A stretch of DNA of 64,000 nucleotides from an uncultured delta proteobacterium (lineage in GTDB: Bacteria; Desulfobacterota; Syntrophia; Syntrophales; UBA5619): assembly GCA_963817385.1 (NCBI GenBank), contig CAWFOM010000005.1, forward strand, positions 96,001 through 160,000. Reading direction: 5' to 3'. The notes below the pieces were generated by a model. That model saw only the letters and a program-made list of their open reading frames with translations, was not told the DNA's origin and searched no databases. The translations under genes were made by a program, and so were the position numbers. Position 1 is the stretch's first letter, and the number at the start of each line of letters is the position of its first letter. Positions 41,216 to 50,058 of this stretch are shown in pieces.

Positions 41216-42451
41216 TCAGGATTTCACCCCCTTGAGAACCTCGATGAAGGCATCGATCCGCGTCTCGATCTGGCTCTCGGAGAAGCTCCGCTCATCGACC
41301 ATGTCCGCTTCGATCATGAGCGTCGGGATCCCCAGCTTCTCCCGGACGATCCGCTGGATGTCGTACTGTCCGAAGGAGTAGGGCTTGCAGCTCCGATTGG
41401 AGTGCATGACGATGCCGTCTACGTCGTACTTGTCGGCCATCTCGATGACCTGCCGGGCCATCTCGTCCACGCCGATGTTGAGGTAGATCCGGGCGTGGCA
41501 TTCGGCCATCGACCCGAGAAAGTCATTTTCATCGACGTACCGGAGGGCGCCGCACCAGGAGGAGGTGTAGGTATCGGCGACGAGGCAGGCGTCCTGGGAG
41601 GCGAACTTCTCCGAAAGCCATTTCATCCGGTACCAGACGGGGATATTGTCCCAGAGGAGGCGGTATCGTTCGTTGGGAACGGCGCCGATCCCTAAGGCGA
41701 CGCGCTCCTGCATCTCGGCCAGCAGTATTTTGTAATAGTCCGTGGCCTGCTGCGTCCCGCGGAGGGTGACGATCAGCGCGAGGTTGATGAAGGCGTCGAA
41801 GGCGCTGATCGGCGCGGGACGGTTCATCGCCGTATCCAGAACCTTCTGCCAGAGCCTCTGACCCTCCACGGAGAGTCGCCCGACCTCCTTGATCCGGTCG
41901 TAATCGAACTTCTTTTTGCAGACCTTCTCCAGAAACGCGATGTATTCACCGATCTGGCTCTTGACGTAGCGGCGCGCCTCCGCGGTGAATTCCGTGTGGC
42001 AGAAGGGGGTGTCGAGGATGAAGAGCGGCACCTGGAAAAACCGGGCTTGCACCTCGTACCATTTGAGGACCGTGCCGCAGATGTTGTTGCAGCAGATGAG
42101 CATGTCGGGCCGGGGGAGGCCGCCGATCGGCCCGCCGTTGATCGGTGCGCAGGCGATATCGGCGCGGGCATAGGAGCACAGGTCGCTCGAATACCCCATC
42201 GCCTCGGCCTTCCCGCAGAGATCGGCCCCCATCTTGCTCGCCCCGATCATCGCCCCGTGGTTCTCCGGATAGACGGGGATCACATCCATCGCGATCAGAG
42301 GCTCCACGGGTCCCCCGCTCGTGATCCAGGCGACCTTCTTCCCCGACTGCTCCGCCGTCTTCGCCTCGATATAGTAGGCGGTCATGATCTCCTTCATCCG
42401 GGCGACCGCTTTGATCTTCCGCTTTTCCTTCGCCTCGTCTTTTTCAGCCAT
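41216..42451 (-). CDS. 2-hydroxyacyl-CoA dehydratase / benzoyl-CoA reductase-like subunit
   Basis: YPENH, DLCSY, CCNNICG..KWYE, HSNRSCK, TRIDAF. Confidence 0.88.
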   Translation of the reverse strand: MAEKDEAKEKRKIKAVARMKEIMTAYYIEAKTAEQSGKKVAWITSGGPVEPLIAMDVIPVYPENHGAMIGASKMGADLCGKAEAMGYSSDLCSYARADIACAPINGGPIGGLPRPDMLICCNNICGTVLKWYEVQARFFQVPLFILDTPFCHTEFTAEARRYVKSQIGEYIAFLEKVCKKKFDYDRIKEVGRLSVEGQRLWQKVLDTAMNRPAPISAFDAFINLALIVTLRGTQQATDYYKILLAEMQERVALGIGAVPNERYRLLWDNIPVWYRMKWLSEKFASQDACLVADTYTSSWCGALRYVDENDFLGSMAECHARIYLNIGVDEMARQVIEMADKYDVDGIVMHSNRSCKPYSFGQYDIQRIVREKLGIPTLMIEADMVDERSFSESQIETRIDAFIEVLKGVKS

Positions 42452-42528
42452 TGTCCTCACCCCATGAAAAAACTACCTTTAAACTAACTTCACCCACGGG
42501 CCTTGAAGGTGGACTTCATGCAAAATCC

Positions 42529-43686
42529 TCAGATCATCTCGACAAACGTCTCGAACCGCGTCCGGAGCTGTCCGTCGGCCGGGAGACGGTCCTCCACCTC
42601 GATGACCATGCTGGCGATCCCCGCCTTATCCAGGGCCTCCTTCAGATAGGGGTAATCGAAGGCATGGGGATCGCAGAACTTCAGGAAGAAGAAGACGACC
42701 CCCTGCGCCCGCTTCTCCCGGGCCAGGCGGACGAGATGGTCCGCACGGTCCGTCAGGCCCCGGTGCTTCGCCGGGCAGACGATCCGCTCCCGGTACCGCT
42801 CGGCGATCGCCGCGACGGGTTCGGCCGTTTCATCGATGAGGCCGCTAAAATACCGGGCGCCGGTGCAGAGGTCGTCCCCGACCACCGCGCCCCCCGCCTC
42901 CTCGATGATCGTATAGATGTCGGGGTGGTTGCAGACGCCGCCCGAGAGGATGAGCCGCTTTTTCAGGGGCCCGGACAAGGCCGCTTCCCCCATCCCCGGC
43001 CCTGCCCCCGCCTGCCTCTTAGCTTTTGTCTCCAGCACCGCGGCGATCTCCTCGAGGAGGGAGGCCACACGGACGCGGTCCATGATCATCGCACAGCGTA
43101 CCAGCGCATGGAGGTCGCTTCCCTTCATGATCTCCGGCCGGTCGCACTTCAGCTCATAGATCCGCGTCAGCGCCCCCCGGATGCGATTGGAAAGGACTAT
43201 CGCCCCCTTCAGATCGTCGTCACTGATCTTCGCGCCAAGCTTTTTCCCCAGCTCCTCCCGGAACCGCCTCAGGACCTCGACAAGGTAGAGCCGGGCGCTT
43301 TCGGTATCCAGCTTCGCCGGCAGCACCAGATCGAGGTGGAAGCAGCCGCCCACATTGAGGCGCCAGATGTCCGAGAGCCGCTGGATCGTATCGCAGGTAT
43401 GGGGGAAGACGACGCCGTCAAGGAAGGCGAGCCGCCCTCCCAGGGCGTCCTCCAGTGCGCCCCGGACCAGCGAGCAGCAGTAGGACTGTAGATGGGCTTC
43501 AGCGAGTCGGATCTTCTCCTCCGTGCCGAAGATACGAAAAGGGTGAGCCCCGGCGGCGACAATGAACTCCTCCGGCGCGTAGGAACAGAAGGTCCCGACA
43601 ATCTTCCTGCCGCTTTCCGCCTTCATCTTTTTCCCGTAACCGTTTGGATCTTTCAGAATTTGATAGCACTCTTCGATCTGCTTCAT
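42529..43686 (-). CDS. 2-hydroxyacyl-CoA dehydratase / benzoyl-CoA reductase-like subunit
   Basis: CSYAPEE, HTCD, DDLCTG, KFCDPH, TRFETF; start inferred at MKQIEEC. Confidence 0.88.
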   Translation of the reverse strand: MKQIEECYQILKDPNGYGKKMKAESGRKIVGTFCSYAPEEFIVAAGAHPFRIFGTEEKIRLAEAHLQSYCCSLVRGALEDALGGRLAFLDGVVFPHTCDTIQRLSDIWRLNVGGCFHLDLVLPAKLDTESARLYLVEVLRRFREELGKKLGAKISDDDLKGAIVLSNRIRGALTRIYELKCDRPEIMKGSDLHALVRCAMIMDRVRVASLLEEIAAVLETKAKRQAGAGPGMGEAALSGPLKKRLILSGGVCNHPDIYTIIEEAGGAVVGDDLCTGARYFSGLIDETAEPVAAIAERYRERIVCPAKHRGLTDRADHLVRLAREKRAQGVVFFFLKFCDPHAFDYPYLKEALDKAGIASMVIEVEDRLPADGQLRTRFETFVEMI

Positions 43687-43803
43687 CAATTTGGTCTCCT
43701 CGTCCAGAATCAAAAAATCGGGCCATTCGGTTCTTGCGTGCTTCTCTCCCGTTCTACGAGTCACGCTTTCATGGAATCAATAAAACGAATTACTCATTGA
43801 AAG

Positions 43804-43865
43804 GTGTAACGTGCTGCGAAGCCGGAGCCGCTTTTGGGTGATTCGGCTTCGGGAGGTTGTTCGGC
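43804..43865 (-). other. attC site (62 bp) of mazEF cassette
   Basis: GCCGAAC just after mazF stop ... cgaagccg/cggcttcg stem ... GTTACAC. Confidence 0.75.
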
Positions 43866-43867
43866 CT

Positions 43868-44203
43868 TCAATATATACAGGCATCGAGTATGGAGAGCAC
43901 CATATCGAGCACCTCATTTGTCGCCCTTCCAATAAACTTGATCTTTCGTGCATGATAATCGATGGATTTCACTTGCTCAACCATGACAAAGCCAGTTATG
44001 TGCGGGTCGTTCAATACGGCTACATGGAAAGGGTATCTCCGGTCTGCGGTGGTTAGGGGGCACACCATTGCCAGGCCCGTCTGCTCGTTGAAGAGCGTAT
44101 TACTGACGACCAACGCAGGGCGACGCCCTTTCTGTTCATGGCCGGACTGAGGATCGAAGGTAAGCGCGACGAAATCCCCTTTTTTCGGAACATAGGATTT
44201 CAC
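43868..44203 (-). CDS. mazF: MazF/PemK toxin
   Basis: GD....FDPQSGHEQKGRRPALVVS...FN..TG...CP.T. Confidence 0.95.
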   Translation of the reverse strand: MKSYVPKKGDFVALTFDPQSGHEQKGRRPALVVSNTLFNEQTGLAMVCPLTTADRRYPFHVAVLNDPHITGFVMVEQVKSIDYHARKIKFIGRATNEVLDMVLSILDACIY

Positions 44204-44452
44204 TTACCATACTTCCTTGCCGATTGGCTTACCCCAATCAGTTTCTTCAGGTTTGTAGTTTTTCGGTATGCGTGACACCAGTTCTTGCAGGCTCTGTTTG
44301 CCGCGGACCCGCCGCACCGGGGCTATAACAATCATGCCGTCTCGTGCGGCCACATCGACGTCGTCGCCAACCGAGATGCATGCGTCTTCAAGCACATGCT
44401 TTGCAAGACGTAATCCCTGGCTGTTTCCCCATTTCTGAATTCTTGTAACCAT
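44204..44452 (-). CDS. mazE: MazE/AbrB antitoxin
   Basis: IQKWGNSQGLRL...DWGKP.GKEVW; AGGAGG RBS. Confidence 0.95.
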   Translation of the reverse strand: MVTRIQKWGNSQGLRLAKHVLEDACISVGDDVDVAARDGMIVIAPVRRVRGKQSLQELVSRIPKNYKPEETDWGKPIGKEVW

Positions 44453-44482
44453 ATTTGCACCTCCTGTCCGGTGGATATCCAT

Positions 44483-44511
44483 AGTATAGCCCACAAGAAA
44501 AGTCGTGTCAA
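44483..44511 (-). promoter_or_regulatory. cassette-internal promoter of mazEF
   Basis: TTGACA-17 bp-TATACT. Confidence 0.8.
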
Positions 44512-44522
44512 CTCAGATTTAT

Positions 44523-44625
44523 GCCTAACGGTGCCGCGGCTGAGCGGCGGGCCGAGGAAAGTTCATTTTCGGTGGACCGACCGCTCAAGTCGCGTGTCCG
44601 GCCGCCGTGCAAACTATGGTTGGGC
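44523..44625 (-). other. attC site (103 bp) of gamma-CA-like cassette
   Basis: GCCCAAC ... gcggccgg/cccgccgc-type internal pairing ... GTTAGGC (canonical RYYYAAC/GTTRRRY). Confidence 0.85.
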
Positions 44626-44653
44626 CATGCTGCTGTACCCGTCTGGATGCTCG

Positions 44654-45271
44654 TTATTCATTCATGATATCGGACAGGTGTGCTTCAAATTCTCTCGAAC
44701 GTACCTCCGTGGCCAGGCGACATGCCGAGAAACGATCTGTTGGATCTGGTCTGATGCCAAAGGCAACCGTCGGAAAACCAATAGCCCTTATTCTTGTTAC
44801 AAGGTCCTTATCACTTGGCGGATATACCTGGAGTGGCTCGCCAATCGCAATGTTGTGCGGCGGAATGAATGTCCCTTCCGGGACAACCGCGTTGGCATGA
44901 ATGAGAGCGCCCACAGCAACCACCGAGCCCGCGCCGACCTTCGCCCCCTGAAGAACCGTTGCCCCGGTGGCCACGTATACGTATCGGTCCAAGGCGCAGC
45001 CAAGCAGCGTTGCGTGTGGGCCGATGAACACGTGATTGTCGATCACCACAGGACGCGGAATGGCACCCTGACCGGTAGCTCTAATGACGACGTTTTCACA
45101 TATTATGGTGCTCGCACCAATCGAGACAGTGGATGCCTCGGAATCCAAAACGGCGCCGTACATAACCCGAGAGTGCGCACCAACCTCTACGTTCCCGACA
45201 AGGACTGCTGTCGGCGCGATGTAGGCCGAGGAATCCACCTTTGGCTCATGCCCCCGATGCTTGATCTTCAT
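44654..45271 (-). CDS. gamma carbonic anhydrase-like hexapeptide-repeat protein
   Basis: P.VDSSAYIAPTAVLVGNV.VG, left-handed beta-helix repeats. Confidence 0.85.
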   Translation of the reverse strand: MKIKHRGHEPKVDSSAYIAPTAVLVGNVEVGAHSRVMYGAVLDSEASTVSIGASTIICENVVIRATGQGAIPRPVVIDNHVFIGPHATLLGCALDRYVYVATGATVLQGAKVGAGSVVAVGALIHANAVVPEGTFIPPHNIAIGEPLQVYPPSDKDLVTRIRAIGFPTVAFGIRPDPTDRFSACRLATEVRSREFEAHLSDIMNE

Positions 45272-45293
45272 ATCAATCCTTCTTCTATGCTCG

Positions 45294-45356
45294 ATTCAAC
45301 GGGAAGTTCACTGGGAGCCGGCTTTTTCGGCTACCCAGTGGAACGATTTGTTCGCC
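45294..45356 (-). other. attC site (63 bp) of yefM-yoeB cassette
   Basis: GGCGAAC-aaatc-gttccactggg.agccg-aaaaagc-cggct.cccagtgaac-ttccc-GTTGAAT; long hairpin with bulged bases. Confidence 0.9.
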
Positions 45357-45359
45357 GCT

Positions 45360-45623
45360 CTATTCGTAATGTGTCCACATACGTATTACCTTCACGGTCT
45401 TCATGTCATCGAGGACTTGATAGATAAGACGATGTTGAATGTTTATTCTTCGAGAGAAAGTCCCAGTAAGATCACCCACTAGCTTTTCGTAAGGCGGTGG
45501 GTATTGGTAAGGATTATCTTGTAGTATTTCTAAAAGTTTTGAAGCTTGCGGCTTAAGACCGGATCGTGCGATTTTCTTTGCGTCTTTTTGGGCCTGTTTG
45601 GTAAAGACCAGTCGCCAGTTCAC
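45360..45623 (-). CDS. yoeB: Txe/YoeB family toxin
   Basis: PPYEKLVGDL.G..SRRINIQHRLIY...MWTHYE; GTG overlaps antitoxin stop. Confidence 0.95.
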   Translation of the reverse strand: MNWRLVFTKQAQKDAKKIARSGLKPQASKLLEILQDNPYQYPPPYEKLVGDLTGTFSRRINIQHRLIYQVLDDMKTVKVIRMWTHYE

Positions 45624-45862
45624 CAACCCGGTTCCTCCGAACATTTTTCTATTGGCGTCTTGATACCTTTCTTGATGGATTCCCTCATGCCCGGAATAGA
45701 AGCAAGATATAGTGTTTCTTCGATCGCCTTCCAGTCTTCTTCCGATACGAGAACCGCAGAATTTCTCTTGCCTACGATCTGGATGGGCGCATGTGACTCT
45801 TTGACTTCATCGACTAAATTGTATAGCCGTTTTCTTGCTTCAGATGCTGATAAAGTCGTCAT
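45620..45862 (-). CDS. yefM: Phd/YefM family antitoxin
   Basis: SEARK.LY.LVDEV, AVLVSEEDW.AIEETLYL.SIPGMRESI. Confidence 0.95.
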   Translation of the reverse strand: MTTLSASEARKRLYNLVDEVKESHAPIQIVGKRNSAVLVSEEDWKAIEETLYLASIPGMRESIKKGIKTPIEKCSEEPGW

Positions 45863-45880
45863 TTTCTATTTCCTCCTATT

Positions 45881-45919
45881 CGTACCATATATGGTACGTC
45901 AGCATCGCGTGGTTGTCAA
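45881..45919 (-). promoter_or_regulatory. yefM-yoeB promoter with overlapping palindromic operator
   Basis: TTGACA-17 bp-TACCAT; perfect 18-bp palindrome CGTACCATATATGGTACG at 45881-45898. Confidence 0.8.
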
Positions 45920-45931
45920 GTCAATTTTCTC

Positions 45932-45962
45932 GGCGAACAATTAATATATCCAACGGGTTTTT
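45932..45962 (-). other. putative attI site / first-cassette junction
   Basis: ...cccGTTGGATatattaattG|TTCGCC; TTCGCC is complementary to the GGCGAAC of this cassette's own attC; no attC hairpin upstream. Confidence 0.65.
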
Positions 45963-46019
45963 CCCAGACTCTCGTGTGGTAATATAGACCAAAAACCAAG
46001 TGGGTAAAATATGGGGAAA

Positions 46020-46190
46020 ATGGAAACAACGCTCGATGATAAGCTGCCAGCGTTCAAAAAGTGCCTTTTGGAAAAGCATCTGGCCACGGCTAAGAATGTG
46101 CCTTTCTATGCCCATTGGGTCAGCCGGTTTCTCGATTATGCAAGAAGAAATGAATTTACAGCATTGGATTATCAGGAGGCTGCGAAGTGA
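46020..46190 (+). pseudogene. intI: N-terminal remnant of probable long-form integron integrase
   Basis: METTLDDKLPAFKKCLLEKHLATAKNVPFYAHWVSRFLDYARRNEFTALDYQEAAK*; resembles (from memory) the N-terminal extension of long IntI proteins; divergent from the cassettes. Confidence 0.6.
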
Positions 46191-46234
46191 CCCCCGAACC
46201 GCAGCCGTCGGGCATGAACCCGTCCGTCCCGGAA

Positions 46235-47959
46235 TCATTCTCCGCAGTACTTCCCCTCGGCCCTCAGCTTCGCGATCTCCTGCTGCTCGAGGGTATTGAA
46301 GGCCACTTTTCCCACCAGCGTGCAGGGGAGGTCGCTCCTGAATTCGATCTCCCGGGGACAACTCCAGCGGATCAGGTGCTCCTGGCAATGGGCGATGAGC
46401 GCCGCCTCCGTCTCGGCGGAGGCTTTCGCCGGGTCCTTGAGGACGACGAACGCCTTGACCCGCTGGACCTGCTTCTCGTCGGGGACGCCGATGACGCAGG
46501 TCTTCGCGACGTCGGGGTGTTTGTAGAGGACGTCCTCCACCTGGGCGGGATAGACGTTCATCCCGGAGGATTTGATCATCCGCTTCTGGCGGAGCTTGAA
46601 ATAGAAGAAGCCGTCCGCGTCCATCGTGCCGATGTCGCCCGTGTGGAGCCAGAGCCGCCCGTCGGCATGGGTGCGGAGCGTCTGCGCCGTCTCCTCCGGC
46701 TGATCGAGGTAGCCGAGCATCACCGCCGGGCCGTGCAGGCAGATCTCCCCCTCCTGGCCGAGCGGCGCCTCCTCGGTCGTTCCCGTCGTGACGATCTTGG
46801 CGAGCATGTCGGGGAAGGGGATCCCCACGCTTCCCTCGCGGTACTGGTTGAGCGGCGTCGCCATGATCCCCGTCACGGCCTCCGTGAGACCGTAGCCTTC
46901 CAGAAGCTGGACGCTCCCGCCCCGCTCCTTCACGACCGCTTCGAACCGCTCCTTGACCGGCCGCGGGAGCGTATCCGCCCCGCTGACGGTTGCCTTGAGG
47001 CAGCTCAGATCGGCCTTCTTGAACACGGGATTGTTGCCCAGGGCATCGAAGAGGGTCGGCACGCCGACGACCATGGTCGGGCGCTTTTTTTTGATCAGGC
47101 CGGCCACGATCTCCGGCGTGAACTGGGGAACGAGGATGCTCTTCCCCCCGCCCATGAAAACGGCGTTGACGCAGACCCCGAGGCCGAAGCCGTGGAAGAT
47201 CGGGAGGATCGCGAGGATGGAATCCCCGCCCCCCATGCTCCCCCAGGCGGAGACCATCATCCCCTCGCTGATGAAGTTGTAGTTGGAGAGCATGATCCCC
47301 TTCGGCACGCCGGTGGTGCCGCCGCTGTAGAGGATGACGGCCATCTCGTCGGTGTCCATCCGGGCCTTCGGCGCCGGCGGATAGGCGCCCTTCATCAGAT
47401 CGCTCCACCAGCGGACGAGCGGATCGGCCGGGACCGGCGGGATCTTCCGCCCCTTGGTCAGGTTGAAGCCGATCTTCTTGACGAGCGGCAGATAATCGGG
47501 GATGCGGGCGAGGATCAGCGTCTGGAGCCCGGTCGCCGCCTGGACCTCCTTGAATTTTCCGTAAAAGGCGTCGAGCGTCAGTGCGAAGCGGCTCTTGGCC
47601 GTCTTGAGGTAGAATTCGATCTCCTTGGCGGGCGAGAGGGGGTGGATCATGCTCGCCACGATCCCCAGCTTGTTGGCGGCGTAGAAGCAGATGATCCCCT
47701 GCGGGCAGGTGGGCATGGAGATCGTGATCCGGTCGCCCTTCTTCATCCCCAAAGCGGCCAGGGCGTTGGCACACCGATCGATCTCGCCCGCGAACTGCCG
47801 GTAGGTAGATGTCGTTCCGAAGAAATCGTAGGCGACGACCTCCGGGCAGCGCTCGACGGTCTGCATCAGCGCCTCGTACATCGTTACCCGCGGGTAATCG
47901 ATGTGCTCCGGAATATCGCCGTAAAACTTCAACCAGGGTTTCTGTTCATACATAAGCAA
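46235..47959 (-). CDS. long-chain fatty acid-CoA ligase (AMP-binding)
   Basis: YSGGTTGVPKG, EGYGLTE, WLHTGDIG, GMNVYP, GK. Confidence 0.93.
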   Translation of the reverse strand: MLMYEQKPWLKFYGDIPEHIDYPRVTMYEALMQTVERCPEVVAYDFFGTTSTYRQFAGEIDRCANALAALGMKKGDRITISMPTCPQGIICFYAANKLGIVASMIHPLSPAKEIEFYLKTAKSRFALTLDAFYGKFKEVQAATGLQTLILARIPDYLPLVKKIGFNLTKGRKIPPVPADPLVRWWSDLMKGAYPPAPKARMDTDEMAVILYSGGTTGVPKGIMLSNYNFISEGMMVSAWGSMGGGDSILAILPIFHGFGLGVCVNAVFMGGGKSILVPQFTPEIVAGLIKKKRPTMVVGVPTLFDALGNNPVFKKADLSCLKATVSGADTLPRPVKERFEAVVKERGGSVQLLEGYGLTEAVTGIMATPLNQYREGSVGIPFPDMLAKIVTTGTTEEAPLGQEGEICLHGPAVMLGYLDQPEETAQTLRTHADGRLWLHTGDIGTMDADGFFYFKLRQKRMIKSSGMNVYPAQVEDVLYKHPDVAKTCVIGVPDEKQVQRVKAFVVLKDPAKASAETEAALIAHCQEHLIRWSCPREIEFRSDLPCTLVGKVAFNTLEQQEIAKLRAEGKYCGE

Positions 47960-47988
47960 CTCCCTTCTGCAGGTCGGAAGAACCCGCC

Positions 47989-49602
47989 CTACCGCATGCA
48001 GACGCTCAGCACCTCGGTAAGATCCGTCTCCCCGCTGAGGACCTTGACGACCCCATCCTGCAGGAGTGTCTTCATCCCCTGGGCCATGGAGGCCTTCCGA
48101 AGGGCCAGCATGGACTTGCGGCTGATGATCATATGCTTGATCTCGTCGGTGGCGTGCAGCAACTCGTAGATCCCCATCATGCCGCGGTAACCCGTATCAT
48201 TGCACTCGGAGCATCCGCAGGCCCGGTAGAGCAGGAACCGCTCATCATACAAGACACCGAGACGGGTAAACCATTTCTCGTCGTAGCTCCGGGCGATCTC
48301 ATCAAACTCTTCCTGCGTGGGATGGTAGGCCTCCCGGCAGTAGGTGCAGAGCCGCCGCACCAGCCGCTGGGCAAGGACGCACAGGAGCGAGTCGGCGAAG
48401 GCGATGGGATCGATCCCCATATCCAGCAGTCTCACGATCGTCTCGGGGGCGTTATTCGTATGCAGGGTGCTCATGACGAGATGTCCGGTGGTCGAGGCCT
48501 CGATCCCCATCTTGGCCGTCTCGTAATCGCGCATCTCCCCGACCATGATGATATCCGGGTCCGACCGCAGGAAGGCCCGCATGGCGTTACTGAAATCGAA
48601 CCCGATCTTGTGATGAACCTGCACCTGCCGAAGCCCCTTCTGGGTGATCTCCACGGGGTCTTCCGCCGTCCAGATCTTGACGTTCGGGCGGTTGAGCACG
48701 TGCAGCGCGGCGTGGGCGGTGGTCGTCTTCCCCGAACCGGTCGGCCCGACGATGAGGATGAGACCGTAGGGTTTTTTCAGAATTTGCTGGAACTGCTCCC
48801 GGTCTTCCCGGGACATGTTGAGTTCTTCAAGCGTCATGATGGCGCCCCGGGTGAGGATCCGGAGCACCACGTCCTCGACGCCGCCGTGGGTGGGAATGGT
48901 CGCCACGCGCAGTTCGATGTCCCCGGATCCGGCGGTCGTGAACTTGATCTTGCCGTCTTGGGGAAGTCTCTTTTCGGTGATGTCCAAATTCGACATGATC
49001 TTGATCCGGGAGACGATGGCGGCCCGGTATTTATAAGGATAATCCTGGTAATGGATGCACTCGCCGTCGATGCGGAATCGTACCTGGACCTGCTGGTCTT
49101 TGGTGTCGGGTTCGATATGGATGTCGGAAGCCCGCCTGGCGAAGGCCTCCTGGATCATGCGGTTGACGATCCGGATGATGGCGCCGTCTGATTCGGGTGA
49201 TGGGTGTTCCCCCTCTTCCGTTGCGGTCTTGCCCGATGAACCCGCAGGATGAACCATCGCGCCCGCTTCCTCGTCCCGGTAGAAATGATCGATGAAGGAG
49301 AGGATCTCCTCGGGCGGGGCCTTCCGGTAATCGACGGCCTTCGTCTTGAGCAGGTTCTCGATCATGTCCCGTTTCAAAATATTGTTCGGATCGTCCAAAA
49401 GCACCGTGATCCGGCCGCCCACCTTTTTCAGGGGGATCCAGAGTTCACGGCGGAGGTACTCGTACTTCAGGTTGCGCAGGAGCTCCTCGGGAACGGGGTA
49501 GGCCTCGTCAAAAAGGCATTCCCCTTCGGCCGGGTCATCGGGCGTCGCCGATAGCCTCCCCGCAGCGCCTCGTCCACCCTTTTTTTGTCTCTCCTCCTTC
49601 AT
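47989..49602 (-). CDS. GspE/PilB family secretion ATPase
   Basis: ASDIHIEP, RLPQDG, GPTGSGKTTT, EDPVE, GEMRD, TGHLV.STLH, CxxC pairs. Confidence 0.92.
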   Translation of the reverse strand: MKEERQKKGGRGAAGRLSATPDDPAEGECLFDEAYPVPEELLRNLKYEYLRRELWIPLKKVGGRITVLLDDPNNILKRDMIENLLKTKAVDYRKAPPEEILSFIDHFYRDEEAGAMVHPAGSSGKTATEEGEHPSPESDGAIIRIVNRMIQEAFARRASDIHIEPDTKDQQVQVRFRIDGECIHYQDYPYKYRAAIVSRIKIMSNLDITEKRLPQDGKIKFTTAGSGDIELRVATIPTHGGVEDVVLRILTRGAIMTLEELNMSREDREQFQQILKKPYGLILIVGPTGSGKTTTAHAALHVLNRPNVKIWTAEDPVEITQKGLRQVQVHHKIGFDFSNAMRAFLRSDPDIIMVGEMRDYETAKMGIEASTTGHLVMSTLHTNNAPETIVRLLDMGIDPIAFADSLLCVLAQRLVRRLCTYCREAYHPTQEEFDEIARSYDEKWFTRLGVLYDERFLLYRACGCSECNDTGYRGMMGIYELLHATDEIKHMIISRKSMLALRKASMAQGMKTLLQDGVVKVLSGETDLTEVLSVCMR

Positions 49603-49807
49603 CCCGCTTCAACTCCTTTTATCACGCGGCGAATCCCCTTTTCCCCTCCCGGACAGGGCGCCGCTCAACAACGAAAACGATCCTCCCCGGCGTGCGGCGG
49701 AGAGGTTCGATGATAGGAGGAATGAGTGCGCATGTCAAAGATTTTTCAACCACTCCGGCGGATATCTGTCAACGGAAGTATTTTCTCCTTGACATTTTTC
49801 CGCGATT

Positions 49808-49825
49808 GATATGTGATATATCACA
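49808..49825. promoter_or_regulatory. palindromic operator-like site upstream of tctC1
   Basis: GATA-TGTGATATATCACA; TTGACA at 49789-49794. Confidence 0.6.
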
Positions 49826-50058
49826 AATACACGGTGGAACGTAAAATAGTAAACAGAAACTAATGGTTACGATGTTTTCTGTCCTTTCGTCTCGCCATGA
49901 TAAGGTTCATACCGATTCGTATCTGAAAGGAAAGTTGCGGTGAGAGGCGCCTCGCCGGATGAAACTCTCTGTGGACTGATGCCATCCGGTGACGGCGGGA
50001 AGCGGAGACTTTTTCTTTAACCGTTCGATCAATCCGTTCGATCAATGAGGAGGGAGTC

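Noticed and set aside
46000..46299. 99-aa ORF in the ORF track
   Set aside because: No recognisable similarity; the overlapping frame starting at 46020 better fits an integrase remnant.
49952..49992. Hairpin enclosing GAAA and CTGATG, hammerhead-ribozyme-like
   Set aside because: Core reads CUGAUGC rather than CUGANGA and there is no room for stems I and III; treated as an ordinary leader hairpin.
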